A stretch of 64,000 nucleotides of DNA from Rhodothermales bacterium (lineage in GTDB: Bacteria; Bacteroidota; Rhodothermia; Rhodothermales; Bin80), in assembly GCA_965262785.1 (NCBI GenBank), contig OZ253559.1, positions 1,819,571 through 1,883,570 on the forward strand. The letters are read 5' to 3'. Positions 39,751 to 48,240 of this stretch are shown here, one piece after another (the first letter of the stretch is position 1; each line of letters opens with the position of its first letter). Made by a program: the position numbers and the translations under genes. The notes under the pieces were generated by a model, which did no database searches, was not told where the DNA came from, and saw only the letters and a program-made list of their open reading frames with translations.

Positions 39751-39815
39751 ATGTGGAAAATGACTCCATCATCTAACTGTTTCTGCCTTTTAACAACTAA
39801 GAATGGTGCACCGCC

Positions 39816-39992
39816 TTTGTAGGGCTCGCCAAATCCCGTTACATACTTTCCGTCTACTGTGTACTTGTGAACGATGCGGCCATTCTCCGGGCCGTATCCC
39901 AGCAGGTATACGTGGCTACGCATGACGCAGGCATCGCTTGGCCTGATCCGGGTATCCCAGGACTCTACATACCTATACACCCCCTTATCTAG
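39816..39992 (-). pseudogene. beta-propeller gene, middle segment (2 of 3)
   Basis: It encodes LDKGVYRYVESWDTRIRPSDACVMRSHVYLLGYGPENGRIVHKYTVDGKYVTGFGEP. This aligns with PKALCVIGDQLFFSGDWPVRPNDAVHVFDLSGEHLRSFGAT of the paralogue. Confidence 0.8.
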
Positions 39993-41899
39993 TGCTTGCC
40001 CGAAAAATGCCTGATCGGCTCTGCAGACCGGCAGTCTTGGGCGCATAGGGCGGATGTACGGGCGCGTGCGGCGGAAAATCGGGCATTTTGGAGTGTCGAG
40101 CGGCTGTTATCGGGGCAGTTTCCCCAACGGCTGCCTGCGTTGTTTTAGCGAATGTTGCGCCGTTTTCCGATCTTAGTACCGTTATTGGCGTGATTAGTAC
40201 GCTTCTGCCCCAACATTCGCCCGATTTACTGCCATGCGCGCGATCTTCGAGTCACAGTTTGAGCTTGGCCACACTCCCATTGGAGAGATCAGCTTTGACG
40301 CTCGGTCCAGAGACGATATTCCGGCCGTACTCCGTGGACTGCAGGACATCTTCACGCACCGCGAGACCCGCGAGCGGGTGTTCGCGATTCTGCGGGAGCA
40401 GTTAGGCGCGAAGGTCAATTTGCGGCGTGGTCGCCCCGGGCTGTGTCTGTGGCGGATCTTCGTGCTGGGCACGCTGCAGAAGGCGCTTGACTGCGACTTC
40501 GACCGTCTGGTGGAATTGGCGAACTTTCACACGGCGTTGCGCCAGATGCTGGGGCATGCAGATTTTGGAGATAAGCACCAGTATCGCCTGCAGACCGTTA
40601 TTGACAACGTGCGTCTGCTTACCGAGGAGGCGCTGCAGCAGATCAATGCGGTGGTGGTGGCCCGTGGGCATCAGCTGTTGAAGCACAGAAACTCGGATCC
40701 GCTTCACTGCCGGGCCGACTCAGCGGTTGCGAAGACCCATGTGGAGTGGCCCACCGATGTCCGTTTGCTGTGGGATGCGCTGCGCCGTCTGATCAGGAAG
40801 CTGGCGCGTCTTTGCCAGCAGCATGCGATAGCGGGCTGGCGCAAGTCGCAGGCCTGGATCAAGAAAATGGAGCGCGCCTTTTATCGCGTGCGCACTTCCC
40901 GGCAGTGGCGTAGTACGTCGAAAGTGGCAAACTACCTGGCACTTTGCCGCACTATCGTGTCGAAGGCAGCGGCCACGCAGGCGATATTGAGGCAAAACGA
41001 TGTTGAAAGCGCGGAGGTGTCGTGGTATTTGCGGACTGCGGACAAGCTGATAGACCAGGTATTGCGCCGTTTGATCAAGGGCGAGAAGATTCCGCACGGC
41101 CAGAAGCTCTTCTCCGTGCATGAGCCCCACACGCGCTGGATCGACAAAGGGAAGGCGGGCGTGATGGCAGAGTTGGGGGTACCGGTCTGCGTGCTGGAGG
41201 ATCAGCACCAATTCATTCTGCGCCACTACGTGCAACACGAAGGTGGCGACCAGGACATGATCGTACCATTCCTTGCAGAGGCGAAGCGGCGCTACCCGGC
41301 GCTGGCATCATGCAGCATGGACAAGGGGTTTTACACGCCAGAGAATCGCGAGCAGCTTGACAAGTTGTTGGACCTGAACGTGATGCCCCGGAAGGGGCGG
41401 CACCGTAAAGCGGACCGCGAACGGGAGACCCATCCGGACTTCGTGGCAGCCCGGCGTCAACACCCGGCCGTAGAGTCGGCGATCAATAACCTCCATCACC
41501 GGGGCATGTCACTAGTGCGCACCCACGGCAAGGCTGGCTTCGACAGGACGCTGGCGCTGGTAGTGGTGGCCACCAATGTGCACCGCATAGGTCAGGTCCT
41601 GAAGCAGAAGGAAGCGCGCCGACGAAAGTGGCACCAGGCACGCAGTAGGGCGCAGTAAGGCCCTACCAGCGCCGCCACGGAAGCAAGCCAGACTCCTTGC
41701 AATGGGGAGAGCGCAAACCTATATCCTCTTTGTAGTGCAATGGCATAAAAAGCTGGCTGAAGACCACGGATTTGTGCCGAATCCACTCATATTCGGGGGC
41801 TGCACACCTTGCGTACACCCCTGACCGCGACTACAGGCTTACCGCCCACCCCCAATCTGCCGGCATATTGCTCCCAATAGGCCTTTTTCGGGCAATCAC
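39993..41899 (+). mobile_element. ISNCY-type insertion sequence, copy 2 (1907 bp)
   Basis: IR-L is TGCTTGCCCGAAAAATGCCT at 39993. IR-R ends ...AGGCCTTTTTCGGGCAATCAC at 41899. The 6-7-bp TSD TATCTAG lies at 39986-39992 and 41900-41906. Confidence 0.8.
40234..41658 (+). CDS. DDE transposase, ISNCY-type
   Basis: 474 aa and a paralogue of 26740..28173. Confidence 0.65.
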   Translation: MRAIFESQFELGHTPIGEISFDARSRDDIPAVLRGLQDIFTHRETRERVFAILREQLGAKVNLRRGRPGLCLWRIFVLGTLQKALDCDFDRLVELANFHTALRQMLGHADFGDKHQYRLQTVIDNVRLLTEEALQQINAVVVARGHQLLKHRNSDPLHCRADSAVAKTHVEWPTDVRLLWDALRRLIRKLARLCQQHAIAGWRKSQAWIKKMERAFYRVRTSRQWRSTSKVANYLALCRTIVSKAAATQAILRQNDVESAEVSWYLRTADKLIDQVLRRLIKGEKIPHGQKLFSVHEPHTRWIDKGKAGVMAELGVPVCVLEDQHQFILRHYVQHEGGDQDMIVPFLAEAKRRYPALASCSMDKGFYTPENREQLDKLLDLNVMPRKGRHRKADRERETHPDFVAARRQHPAVESAINNLHHRGMSLVRTHGKAGFDRTLALVVVATNVHRIGQVLKQKEARRRKWHQARSRAQ

Positions 41900-42398
41900 T
41901 ATCTAGCCACTCAAACACATCTACCTCACGTTCGGCGCGACCCGCGATCAGTATGCGGTCGCCGCCATCATCAACTAGAATGTGCGAGGGATGCATGAAT
42001 TCGCCAGGTCCCTCGCCCGCACTACCGAATCTGCCCAAGTACTGTGCCTCGGTATCGATGACATGTACGGTCTTGACACGTGAGGCCGCGTCCAAGACGA
42101 AGATGGATCCATGTCCGTCGGAGGCAATGTCCTGGATAAGGCCTAGAAGTTCGTACAATTCGCCGTCCTCGCGCCCGAAAATCGCTGTCTTCATTCCGGT
42201 AGTATCCGGTACAGGAGGTCCTTCCTCCCACTGATCATTGTCGGATACGTCAATGATCAGACTGGGGTCAGTGGCGTCTGGAATGTTCTCTGGTGTCGGG
42301 TGTTGTGTACCCCGATTCACCTGACCGGCTGCGCTCCGGGTCCCCAGCGGTTGGCTCAGCAGGCAAAAAAGACACAGCGTGCTCCAAGCCGTATTCAA
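41900..42398 (-). pseudogene. beta-propeller gene, 5' segment (3 of 3), with signal peptide
   Basis: MNTAWSTLCLFCLLSQPLG.. signal. GSAGEGPGEFMHPSHILVDDGGDRILIAG matches GAPGEGPGEFQYPQAVYIDIRDRVFVVD of the paralogue. Confidence 0.8.
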
Positions 42399-42703
42399 AA
42401 CGAATCGTACATCAACCTCCTGGTTGCTAGTGGTCTGGTTGCAAGATCGCTTGCCTCACGTCAGCAAAAAGCCAGAGACTGGGCCAGCTTCGCAGCACAA
42501 ATGTGTCGTACGCTGCATCAAGTTTCACGTTCGCATCGGCCCTGCTGCATGCTACCAAGCCTGGTCGTTCTCCTACTGCATGGCAGCATGGCCGGCCAGT
42601 CTTATCCACACTTGGCTCGCGGGCTTCGCAGCCAACTGGCCAATTTCCATATGCACACTCCGAGCGGTAATGTTGTACATCTATAGGGCTGCCTTAAACT
42701 CCT

Positions 42704-44005
42704 ATGCGCTATCTGATCCCATGCATTCTGGTTTTCCTTCTGCTGTTACCTCCGTCTCAGGCGCCTGCACAGGTTAATATCAGTGGAACCCTGCTGGGAG
42801 CTGATGGCCAGCCTATGGCCATGGCCCACATGATCGTCAAGAATGGCCCACGTGATACGACGGTTATTGCTCCAGTCGAGGCGTCCGGCCGATTCGGCTT
42901 TACGCTAAATGAACCGGGGGGCTACGGAGTGTATGCGACCGGTGTGCATCACGCGACTCTGACAATGCCGCTTGTCCTGATGTCACGCGAGGACGTAGTA
43001 CTCAATATCAGGCTCGGCACGCACCGGCTGGACCCTACTTTGGACACGGTCCGGGTGGTGATGTCCACCTCTGAAGAAGGCGTGGCCATGCAGCGGCTAC
43101 CGGATGGCACATTTGCCGTCCAGGTGGAGACGGACGCTGATACGATTGCGTACCAGATTCATGGCGCGAGTGTGTTTTCATCGTGGGGCTCGGATGTTCT
43201 GGTCGCAGGCACAAGCCAGGACCGCTTTGCATTTATGGAAGCGGGCCCTTTTTGGCGCAGAGATAGGAACGATTACTATAGCGTTCTGGACGTTGACAAC
43301 AGACAGTTCGTGGACATAACCCTGGATCCGTCAGCACTGCCGCAACACGTTGTTGAGCCAACCGTCAGCTCAGTTCCGTCCACAGCCGGCGAGGTTGCTG
43401 CCATACATCTGGACGTGGACTGGCGATCACTGCGAAGAGCCGTGGCACGCCGAGACAATAACAGCCAATATGCTGAGATTGAGGAGCAAGAGAGGGCTGT
43501 GGTTGAGGAGAGGCTCGACCGGGAGCGGGATCCGGTTCTTCGACAGTGGCTCATTATGCGGTACTTCGACAAAATGATGCCCCTGCCCTCCAAGAAAAAC
43601 AGGCGTCTGGCCCGTGAAGCACTCAAGACCATTCCGCCAGATTCGCCGTTTTGGTCCTTCGAAGCCTGGAGCTCAGTAGGTGCATACGACCTCATGTTCT
43701 CCATTGGAGAAATGGCAGAGGATTATAAACGGGTCAAAGCCTACATACGGAGGGTCATTGCCAGCCACCCTGATCCGGATGTCCATCGGCACTTTCTTGC
43801 TAGGGGACTTGACGAAGCTGCCTTTCAAGGGGATGAGGAGGCAAAATGGCGTTACTATGCCGAGCTTCAGGCTGTTTATCCAGAATCGGGGGATGCGGAA
43901 CGAGCACGGCGGACTTTTGCCCCGGACAGAAGGCTACAGACCGGCAATCCCGTACCCCCGTTCTCATTCGTCTCCTTGGAGGATCCCGCCGTTATCTTCA
44001 CAGAC
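42704..44005 (+). pseudogene. CarboxypepD_reg-like + helical + TlpA-type thioredoxin fusion protein, 5' segment
   Basis: Signal peptide and a carboxypeptidase-regulatory-like N-terminus (ISGTLLGADGQPMAMAHMIV...GRFGF). It ends at ...NPVPPFSFVSLEDPAVIFTD, where the IS5-type element begins. Confidence 0.7.
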
Positions 44006-44218
44006 GAGCCTTTTGCAAAATTCACTTCAGTCCTTGATTTGGGAGTAGGAGCTTCGTCAAGCCAGTGTGATTCTGCACGTATCAACTTGTTCGACCTTTG
44101 CATTGCGGAAGTCTTGCTCGAATGGGGGTGACGAACTGCGCAGGGAGGCATGACACGGCATAGCTGACCCGGCCCGCGCTGATGGCGAGACGGGCCCTAC
44201 GTGAGGGTACGGGTGCGC

Positions 44219-44998
44219 TTAGAGCACCAGGCGCATCAACTGGTCGACGGTCAGCGCCAGGATGCCGAACATCAGGTGGCAGTAGACCTTGCTATGCCCG
44301 CGTACCCGCACATACCGTCCGCCGAACTCGTCTTTGAGTCGTCCATTGACCCGCTCCACCGTCGAGCGCTCTCTGAAACGTCTCCTCTCTGGCGTAACGT
44401 GTCCGATGCTGCGTTGCGCCCGCGCCTCGCGCTTTAGCTCCTCATTGCCACGCGGGTTGATATCAATGATCGGCACATGCCCCAGCGATCTGCTATGCTC
44501 TCGGATTTCCTTAGCATCGTACGCACTGTCCATCAAGTCGTACAGACTTTGTACCCGAGCGGCCGTCATCACTGCCAGCGGGATCGCCACCTGGCTGTCA
44601 TGGACCGAAGCCGATGTTAGCGCAGCGCTGATCGGAATCCCCCCGTCAATCACATCCAAGTGCAGCTTGAAGCCGACCCAGCAGTGCCCGTGACCCTTCG
44701 AATTGCGTTTGGTCCCGACATTGCAGTCCTTCGGCAGTTCTTCCAGCATATCATCCAGCTCCATGGAGCGTTGACGCTGCAGGCGGGTAGGGGTTTTCGG
44801 TTGTTTGCCGTCGTTGGCCTTGGGCACAGACCGCTTCGGCTTCTCGCGTGCCGGAATCGCGGTCGCGTCCCGCGAAACGTGCCCGGCCAGATGATCCTCC
44901 AGCGCGCACTCCAGCAGCACTGCGTGCAGCCGCCCCGGCAGGTCACTGTTGGCAAATTCCGCGAACGCCCGCGAAAACGACGATTCGCTCGGTACCAT
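44219..44998 (-). CDS. IS5-type transposase, DDE catalytic part
   Basis: It starts at an ATG immediately after the TAG, in the same frame. PSESSFSRAFAEFA..., DSAYD and ERVNGRLKDEFG signatures are present. Confidence 0.65.
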   Translation of the reverse strand: MVPSESSFSRAFAEFANSDLPGRLHAVLLECALEDHLAGHVSRDATAIPAREKPKRSVPKANDGKQPKTPTRLQRQRSMELDDMLEELPKDCNVGTKRNSKGHGHCWVGFKLHLDVIDGGIPISAALTSASVHDSQVAIPLAVMTAARVQSLYDLMDSAYDAKEIREHSRSLGHVPIIDINPRGNEELKREARAQRSIGHVTPERRRFRERSTVERVNGRLKDEFGGRYVRVRGHSKVYCHLMFGILALTVDQLMRLVL

Positions 44999-45334
44999 CT
45001 ACGACCACTCCCAGCCGCATAGCTGGTGCAGTACCGGATCGCTCTTTAGTCGCTCCACCAACGCCCGCGTGGTCGGGATATCGAATACGGACTTAGCCAA
45101 AAAAGCCCGCGCCAGCGCAGCCCGGTCCGCCTTCGGACGGCCTGGACCCTTGGACTCGCACCCCGACAACAGCTCCTCCACGCGCACTAATTCCACCACA
45201 GAAACGAATCGTCTGTGCTGTTCACTGAGCTCGCCAATAGTGAGCTCCAGCAATGGAAACAATCTGAGCTGGAATGTGGACCAGTACCTGGACAACTCTG
45301 ATCGCAATTGCATCTGCACGTTTATTGTATACAT
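44999..45334 (-). CDS. IS5-type transposase, N-terminal (DUF772-like) part, ending at an in-frame TAG
   Basis: ...GRPKADRAALARAFLAKSVFDIPTTRALVERLKSDPVLHQLCGWEWS* resembles the N-terminal domain of IS5/IS1182-type transposases. Confidence 0.6.
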   Translation of the reverse strand: MYTINVQMQLRSELSRYWSTFQLRLFPLLELTIGELSEQHRRFVSVVELVRVEELLSGCESKGPGRPKADRAALARAFLAKSVFDIPTTRALVERLKSDPVLHQLCGWEWS

Positions 45335-45458
45335 TTATGATTCTCACGTGTTCAAGTATACGACTCACGACGCACTTAATCCGCATTATTCTCACCCACG
45401 CCCTAACTTTCTACGCCCGGTTTCGCGCTCTCAGCCTATTTTTGCAAAAGGCTCAGAC

Positions 45459-45836
45459 AAGAACCTTCGAGGAAGGATCTACCTCATTGACTTCTGGGGA
45501 ACGTGGTGCGGGCCGTGCATCGAAGAGTTGCCAGCGCTCCACGAAGTGCGTGACAAATACAAGGAGGCCGGGTTTGATATTTTGAGCGTTGCGATGCGGG
45601 ATAAGAAAGTGGCCATTGAAGAGTTCCGTAAGGACCGTTACTTCATGCCCTGGATGCACACGCTCGTGGAGAAGGCTGATCACGAGGCCGTCAGCACAGC
45701 TTTCGAGATCACCAGCTACCCGAGGCCCATCCTGGTAGACGAAGAAGGCATTATCATTGCCATTGACGGCGAACTCAGGGACGGCAAGATCCAAGACTTC
45801 ATCAGCCGTGTAATGAAGCGGCAGTCCGGGAATTAA
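45459..45836 (+). pseudogene. same gene, 3' segment encoding the thioredoxin CxxC domain
   Basis: KNLRGRIYLIDFWGTWCGPC... It is in frame with 42704..44005 after removal of 44006..45458. Confidence 0.75.
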
Positions 45837-45837
45837 T

Positions 45838-47181
45838 GTGGACCAACTTTGTCTCTTGTGGAATTGCGCTGGAGGGCTGACACCTACGGGCGGGCAGTCC
45901 GGCTTCGTGGAAAACCTGTCGGATGGCGGCGTCTTGAGTTCACCAGTTGTGACTGCGCATGACGTCGTGGCCAGCCAGGAAGCTGGTCACGTCCACTGGC
46001 GGACATCAAGGAGTAGCTACATCAGCTCGTACTCGCTAGTCCGGGTAGGGCTACTTTCCCTTTTGTTCCTTGTGCTGCTAGGCTGCGGAGACAGCAACAC
46101 ATCGGGCCGCATCTATCACCCGACACCAGATGCCATACCATCGCCTGATGCGCTAGCCCACATCATCAAATACACAGATGTTGCCAGCATTGATGTGGAG
46201 ATGCAGTACATTGCTCGGTTGGTCGGGGACGCGCGTCAAGTTGCTACTATCGGTGTTGATCAGGGTCCTCGCCATGCTATGCTGGGCGAAGTTCGGAGTG
46301 TAGCGCTAAGCAGTGCAGGCGACGTGTTCCTATTGGACAGCAAACATAGAGAGTTGTTTGTATATGGTCCGACGGGGCAATATCGTTACACGATCGGGGC
46401 GCCTGGTGAGGGGCCCGGTGAATTTCAGTATCCGCAAGCGGTGTACATAGATATACGTGATCGCGTCTTTGTGGTGGATCGCAAGGGGGGTCGCATCTCT
46501 GTTTTTGCAAGTTCTGATTCCACGCATTCACTGGTGTCTACTTCGTCGGTAGGCTTCACACCGAAGGCACTATGTGTGATTGGCGATCAACTGTTTTTTA
46601 GCGGAGACTGGCCTGTTCGGCCGAATGATGCCGTCCACGTCTTTGATTTAAGCGGCGAGCATTTGCGCTCTTTTGGAGCGACCTATTCGTCTCCTGCTGC
46701 GCATGTTCGGGCGCTTTTGTCAGATGGCCCACTTGGTTGCCACCCCGATAGTAAAGCGCTGGTATACATGTTTTCGCGCTTACCACTACTGTATGGCTAT
46801 GAAGTCACTGGGGGCTCTCTGTGGACTTCCATGTTTGGAGATTTTAGTCCTGGGGACATCATCGAAGAAGGGCGTGGCAGTGATTCCGAGATGGTATTGT
46901 TTGGTTCCGGCGGGAGAGAGTATGACCGTGCAAGCAACGTATTCCATGTATCGGACCATTTCTTCATTGTCCAAACAAGACACATCATTCCACGAACCAC
47001 GACCCAGGACAAGTCCGAAACTTATCACACCTATGTGGTTAACGGTAAGACGGGGCAAGCCATGTACATAGGCACGGAGTTGCATCGCATCCTTGCGGTT
47101 AAGTCGGGGATGATAGTGACCTATGGAAGGGCTCGCTTCCCCCAAGTTCACATTCACGAGATGGTGAATTGGGGGCTTTGA
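45838..47181 (+). CDS. 6-bladed beta-propeller (NHL-like) lipoprotein, intact paralogue
   Basis: Lipobox LLSLLFLVLLGCGDS and the GAPGEGPGEFQYPQAVYID blade motif. The true start is probably downstream (for example the GTG at 45967), because the first 60 or so codons do not look like coding sequence. Confidence 0.65.
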   Translation: MDQLCLLWNCAGGLTPTGGQSGFVENLSDGGVLSSPVVTAHDVVASQEAGHVHWRTSRSSYISSYSLVRVGLLSLLFLVLLGCGDSNTSGRIYHPTPDAIPSPDALAHIIKYTDVASIDVEMQYIARLVGDARQVATIGVDQGPRHAMLGEVRSVALSSAGDVFLLDSKHRELFVYGPTGQYRYTIGAPGEGPGEFQYPQAVYIDIRDRVFVVDRKGGRISVFASSDSTHSLVSTSSVGFTPKALCVIGDQLFFSGDWPVRPNDAVHVFDLSGEHLRSFGATYSSPAAHVRALLSDGPLGCHPDSKALVYMFSRLPLLYGYEVTGGSLWTSMFGDFSPGDIIEEGRGSDSEMVLFGSGGREYDRASNVFHVSDHFFIVQTRHIIPRTTTQDKSETYHTYVVNGKTGQAMYIGTELHRILAVKSGMIVTYGRARFPQVHIHEMVNWGL

Positions 47182-47393
47182 GAATCTTGGGAGAATCACG
47201 CGGAGACACGTTCTGGCTTAGACGTAATGAACGGCGCTCCAAATACCTGATGAGTGTCAATAGTCTTTCCAGGTTTGCGACAACTAAGAGTATCGGTCTG
47301 TTGAGGGGAGCAGGGGGACGCGCCCCTGGGGTTGGCCGGCCCCAGACACGCGAATGATTCTTTGCAATAGGGCTGTGCTTGCGGCGCTTCAGA

Positions 47394-48227
47394 TCACTGG
47401 CGTGGTCGCAGTGGGTTGCCGCGGCGAAACGCCTGACGGCTGACGAGGTCGAAGGTGTCGCCCGGTGCCAGGAGGTAAAACGGTACTTTGTCCTGCTGCA
47501 TCGACTCATGGTCGTAGATGGCTACGTACGATGCACCAATGACCTCAAAAGAGTCGCGCTGCACCACGATAGCAGTATTTTCATCTATGCCGATTCCCAG
47601 CAAGCCTGGATGAGCGTCAACAATCTCCATCAGGTCAAACTGCCGGTTTCGCTGCAGAAGATGCTGGTCTATGGCAGACTGTCTTAAGAAGGCAAACCCT
47701 TCTTCATGGTCTCCCATCATGATGGTGTTGGTTCTTGAATCACCTCGTGCCAGGTAGGACCCTTGGATGGTGGCTCCTGCGGAAGAGCCTCCAATGACGC
47801 CTCCACGCTCAAGAACGCCCCAAAGCGCAACTTCCGTCCTGGTGTCCAGGTAGGCGTCCGCCAAGCGCCACTGGCGCCCGCCGCTGAACCATACGCCCTT
47901 GGCGCGGTGGATGGCCGAAACAAATGAGTCCGACTCCGCAGTCGCACGATCGCGGGTATGAAGCAGAGTGAGGTCGGCGACGCCGCGCTCCCGAAACCCC
48001 CGGAGACCACCGAATGAGTCATCGTATTCGTCGGCACCGCCAGCCGTCGGGATCACGACAAATGGCTGATCCGCACCGCCCGCCAGCGCAATGAAACGGT
48101 CAAGGATGGCCGGATCCTGCATGCTGCCACCGACGACAACGAGCGCGCCCTTCTCCGGGCCTACATTCTGCGCCTGAGATGCCGGTACAAAGGCAGCAAC
48201 CAGCAATGTTGTGGCGAAGAGCTTCAT
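47394..48227 (-). CDS. peptidase S51 family, cyanophycinase-like
   Basis: Signal peptide MKLFATTLLVAAFVPASQAQ. Blocks VVIPTAGG, GVWFSGGRQWRL and GGSSAGATIQG are present. The ATG at 48227 avoids overlap with the upstream gene. Confidence 0.7.
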   Translation of the reverse strand: MKLFATTLLVAAFVPASQAQNVGPEKGALVVVGGSMQDPAILDRFIALAGGADQPFVVIPTAGGADEYDDSFGGLRGFRERGVADLTLLHTRDRATAESDSFVSAIHRAKGVWFSGGRQWRLADAYLDTRTEVALWGVLERGGVIGGSSAGATIQGSYLARGDSRTNTIMMGDHEEGFAFLRQSAIDQHLLQRNRQFDLMEIVDAHPGLLGIGIDENTAIVVQRDSFEVIGASYVAIYDHESMQQDKVPFYLLAPGDTFDLVSRQAFRRGNPLRPRQ

Positions 48228-48240
48228 GGCGCAGGGCCCA

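Larger units (their letters stand above)
37333..39815 (-). mobile_element. IS256-type element (2483 bp) carrying two Mutator-type transposase paralogues
   Basis: Imperfect terminal IRs of about 31 bp (GGTGGTGCGCCATTCTCAGTTGGTGGAAGGC against GGCGGTGCACCATTCTTAGTTGTTAAAAGGC, 25/31 by hand). An 8-bp TSD TTTGTAGG lies at 37325-37332 and 39816-39823. Confidence 0.8.
44006..45454 (-). mobile_element. IS5-type insertion sequence (1449 bp)
   Basis: Perfect 15-bp terminal IRs GAGCCTTTTGCAAAA (44006-44020) and TTTTGCAAAAGGCTC (45440-45454). A 4-bp TSD AGAC lies at 44002-44005 and 45455-45458. Confidence 0.8.

Noticed and set aside
39537-40046. My first reading was that the beta-propeller fragments overlap in the region they align to, and so derive from two or three different paralogues fused by IS-mediated deletions.
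   Set aside because: The apparent overlaps (AFFGQALDK / LDSDCPKKA and GGAPFLVVKRQ / the end of the transposase) are the terminal inverted repeats of the ISNCY-type and IS256-type elements read as protein. With the IRs and TSDs assigned, the three pieces join into one collinear ORF.
44011-44020. The 10-bp repeat TTTTGCAAAA (also at 45440-45449) could be the target-site duplication of the IS5-type element.
   Set aside because: The 10-mer is its own reverse complement and extends to perfect 15-bp inverted repeats (GAGCCTTTTGCAAAA). A 4-bp AGAC duplication lies just outside them. That model fits the IS5 group and gives the more typical TlpA motif spacing after excision.
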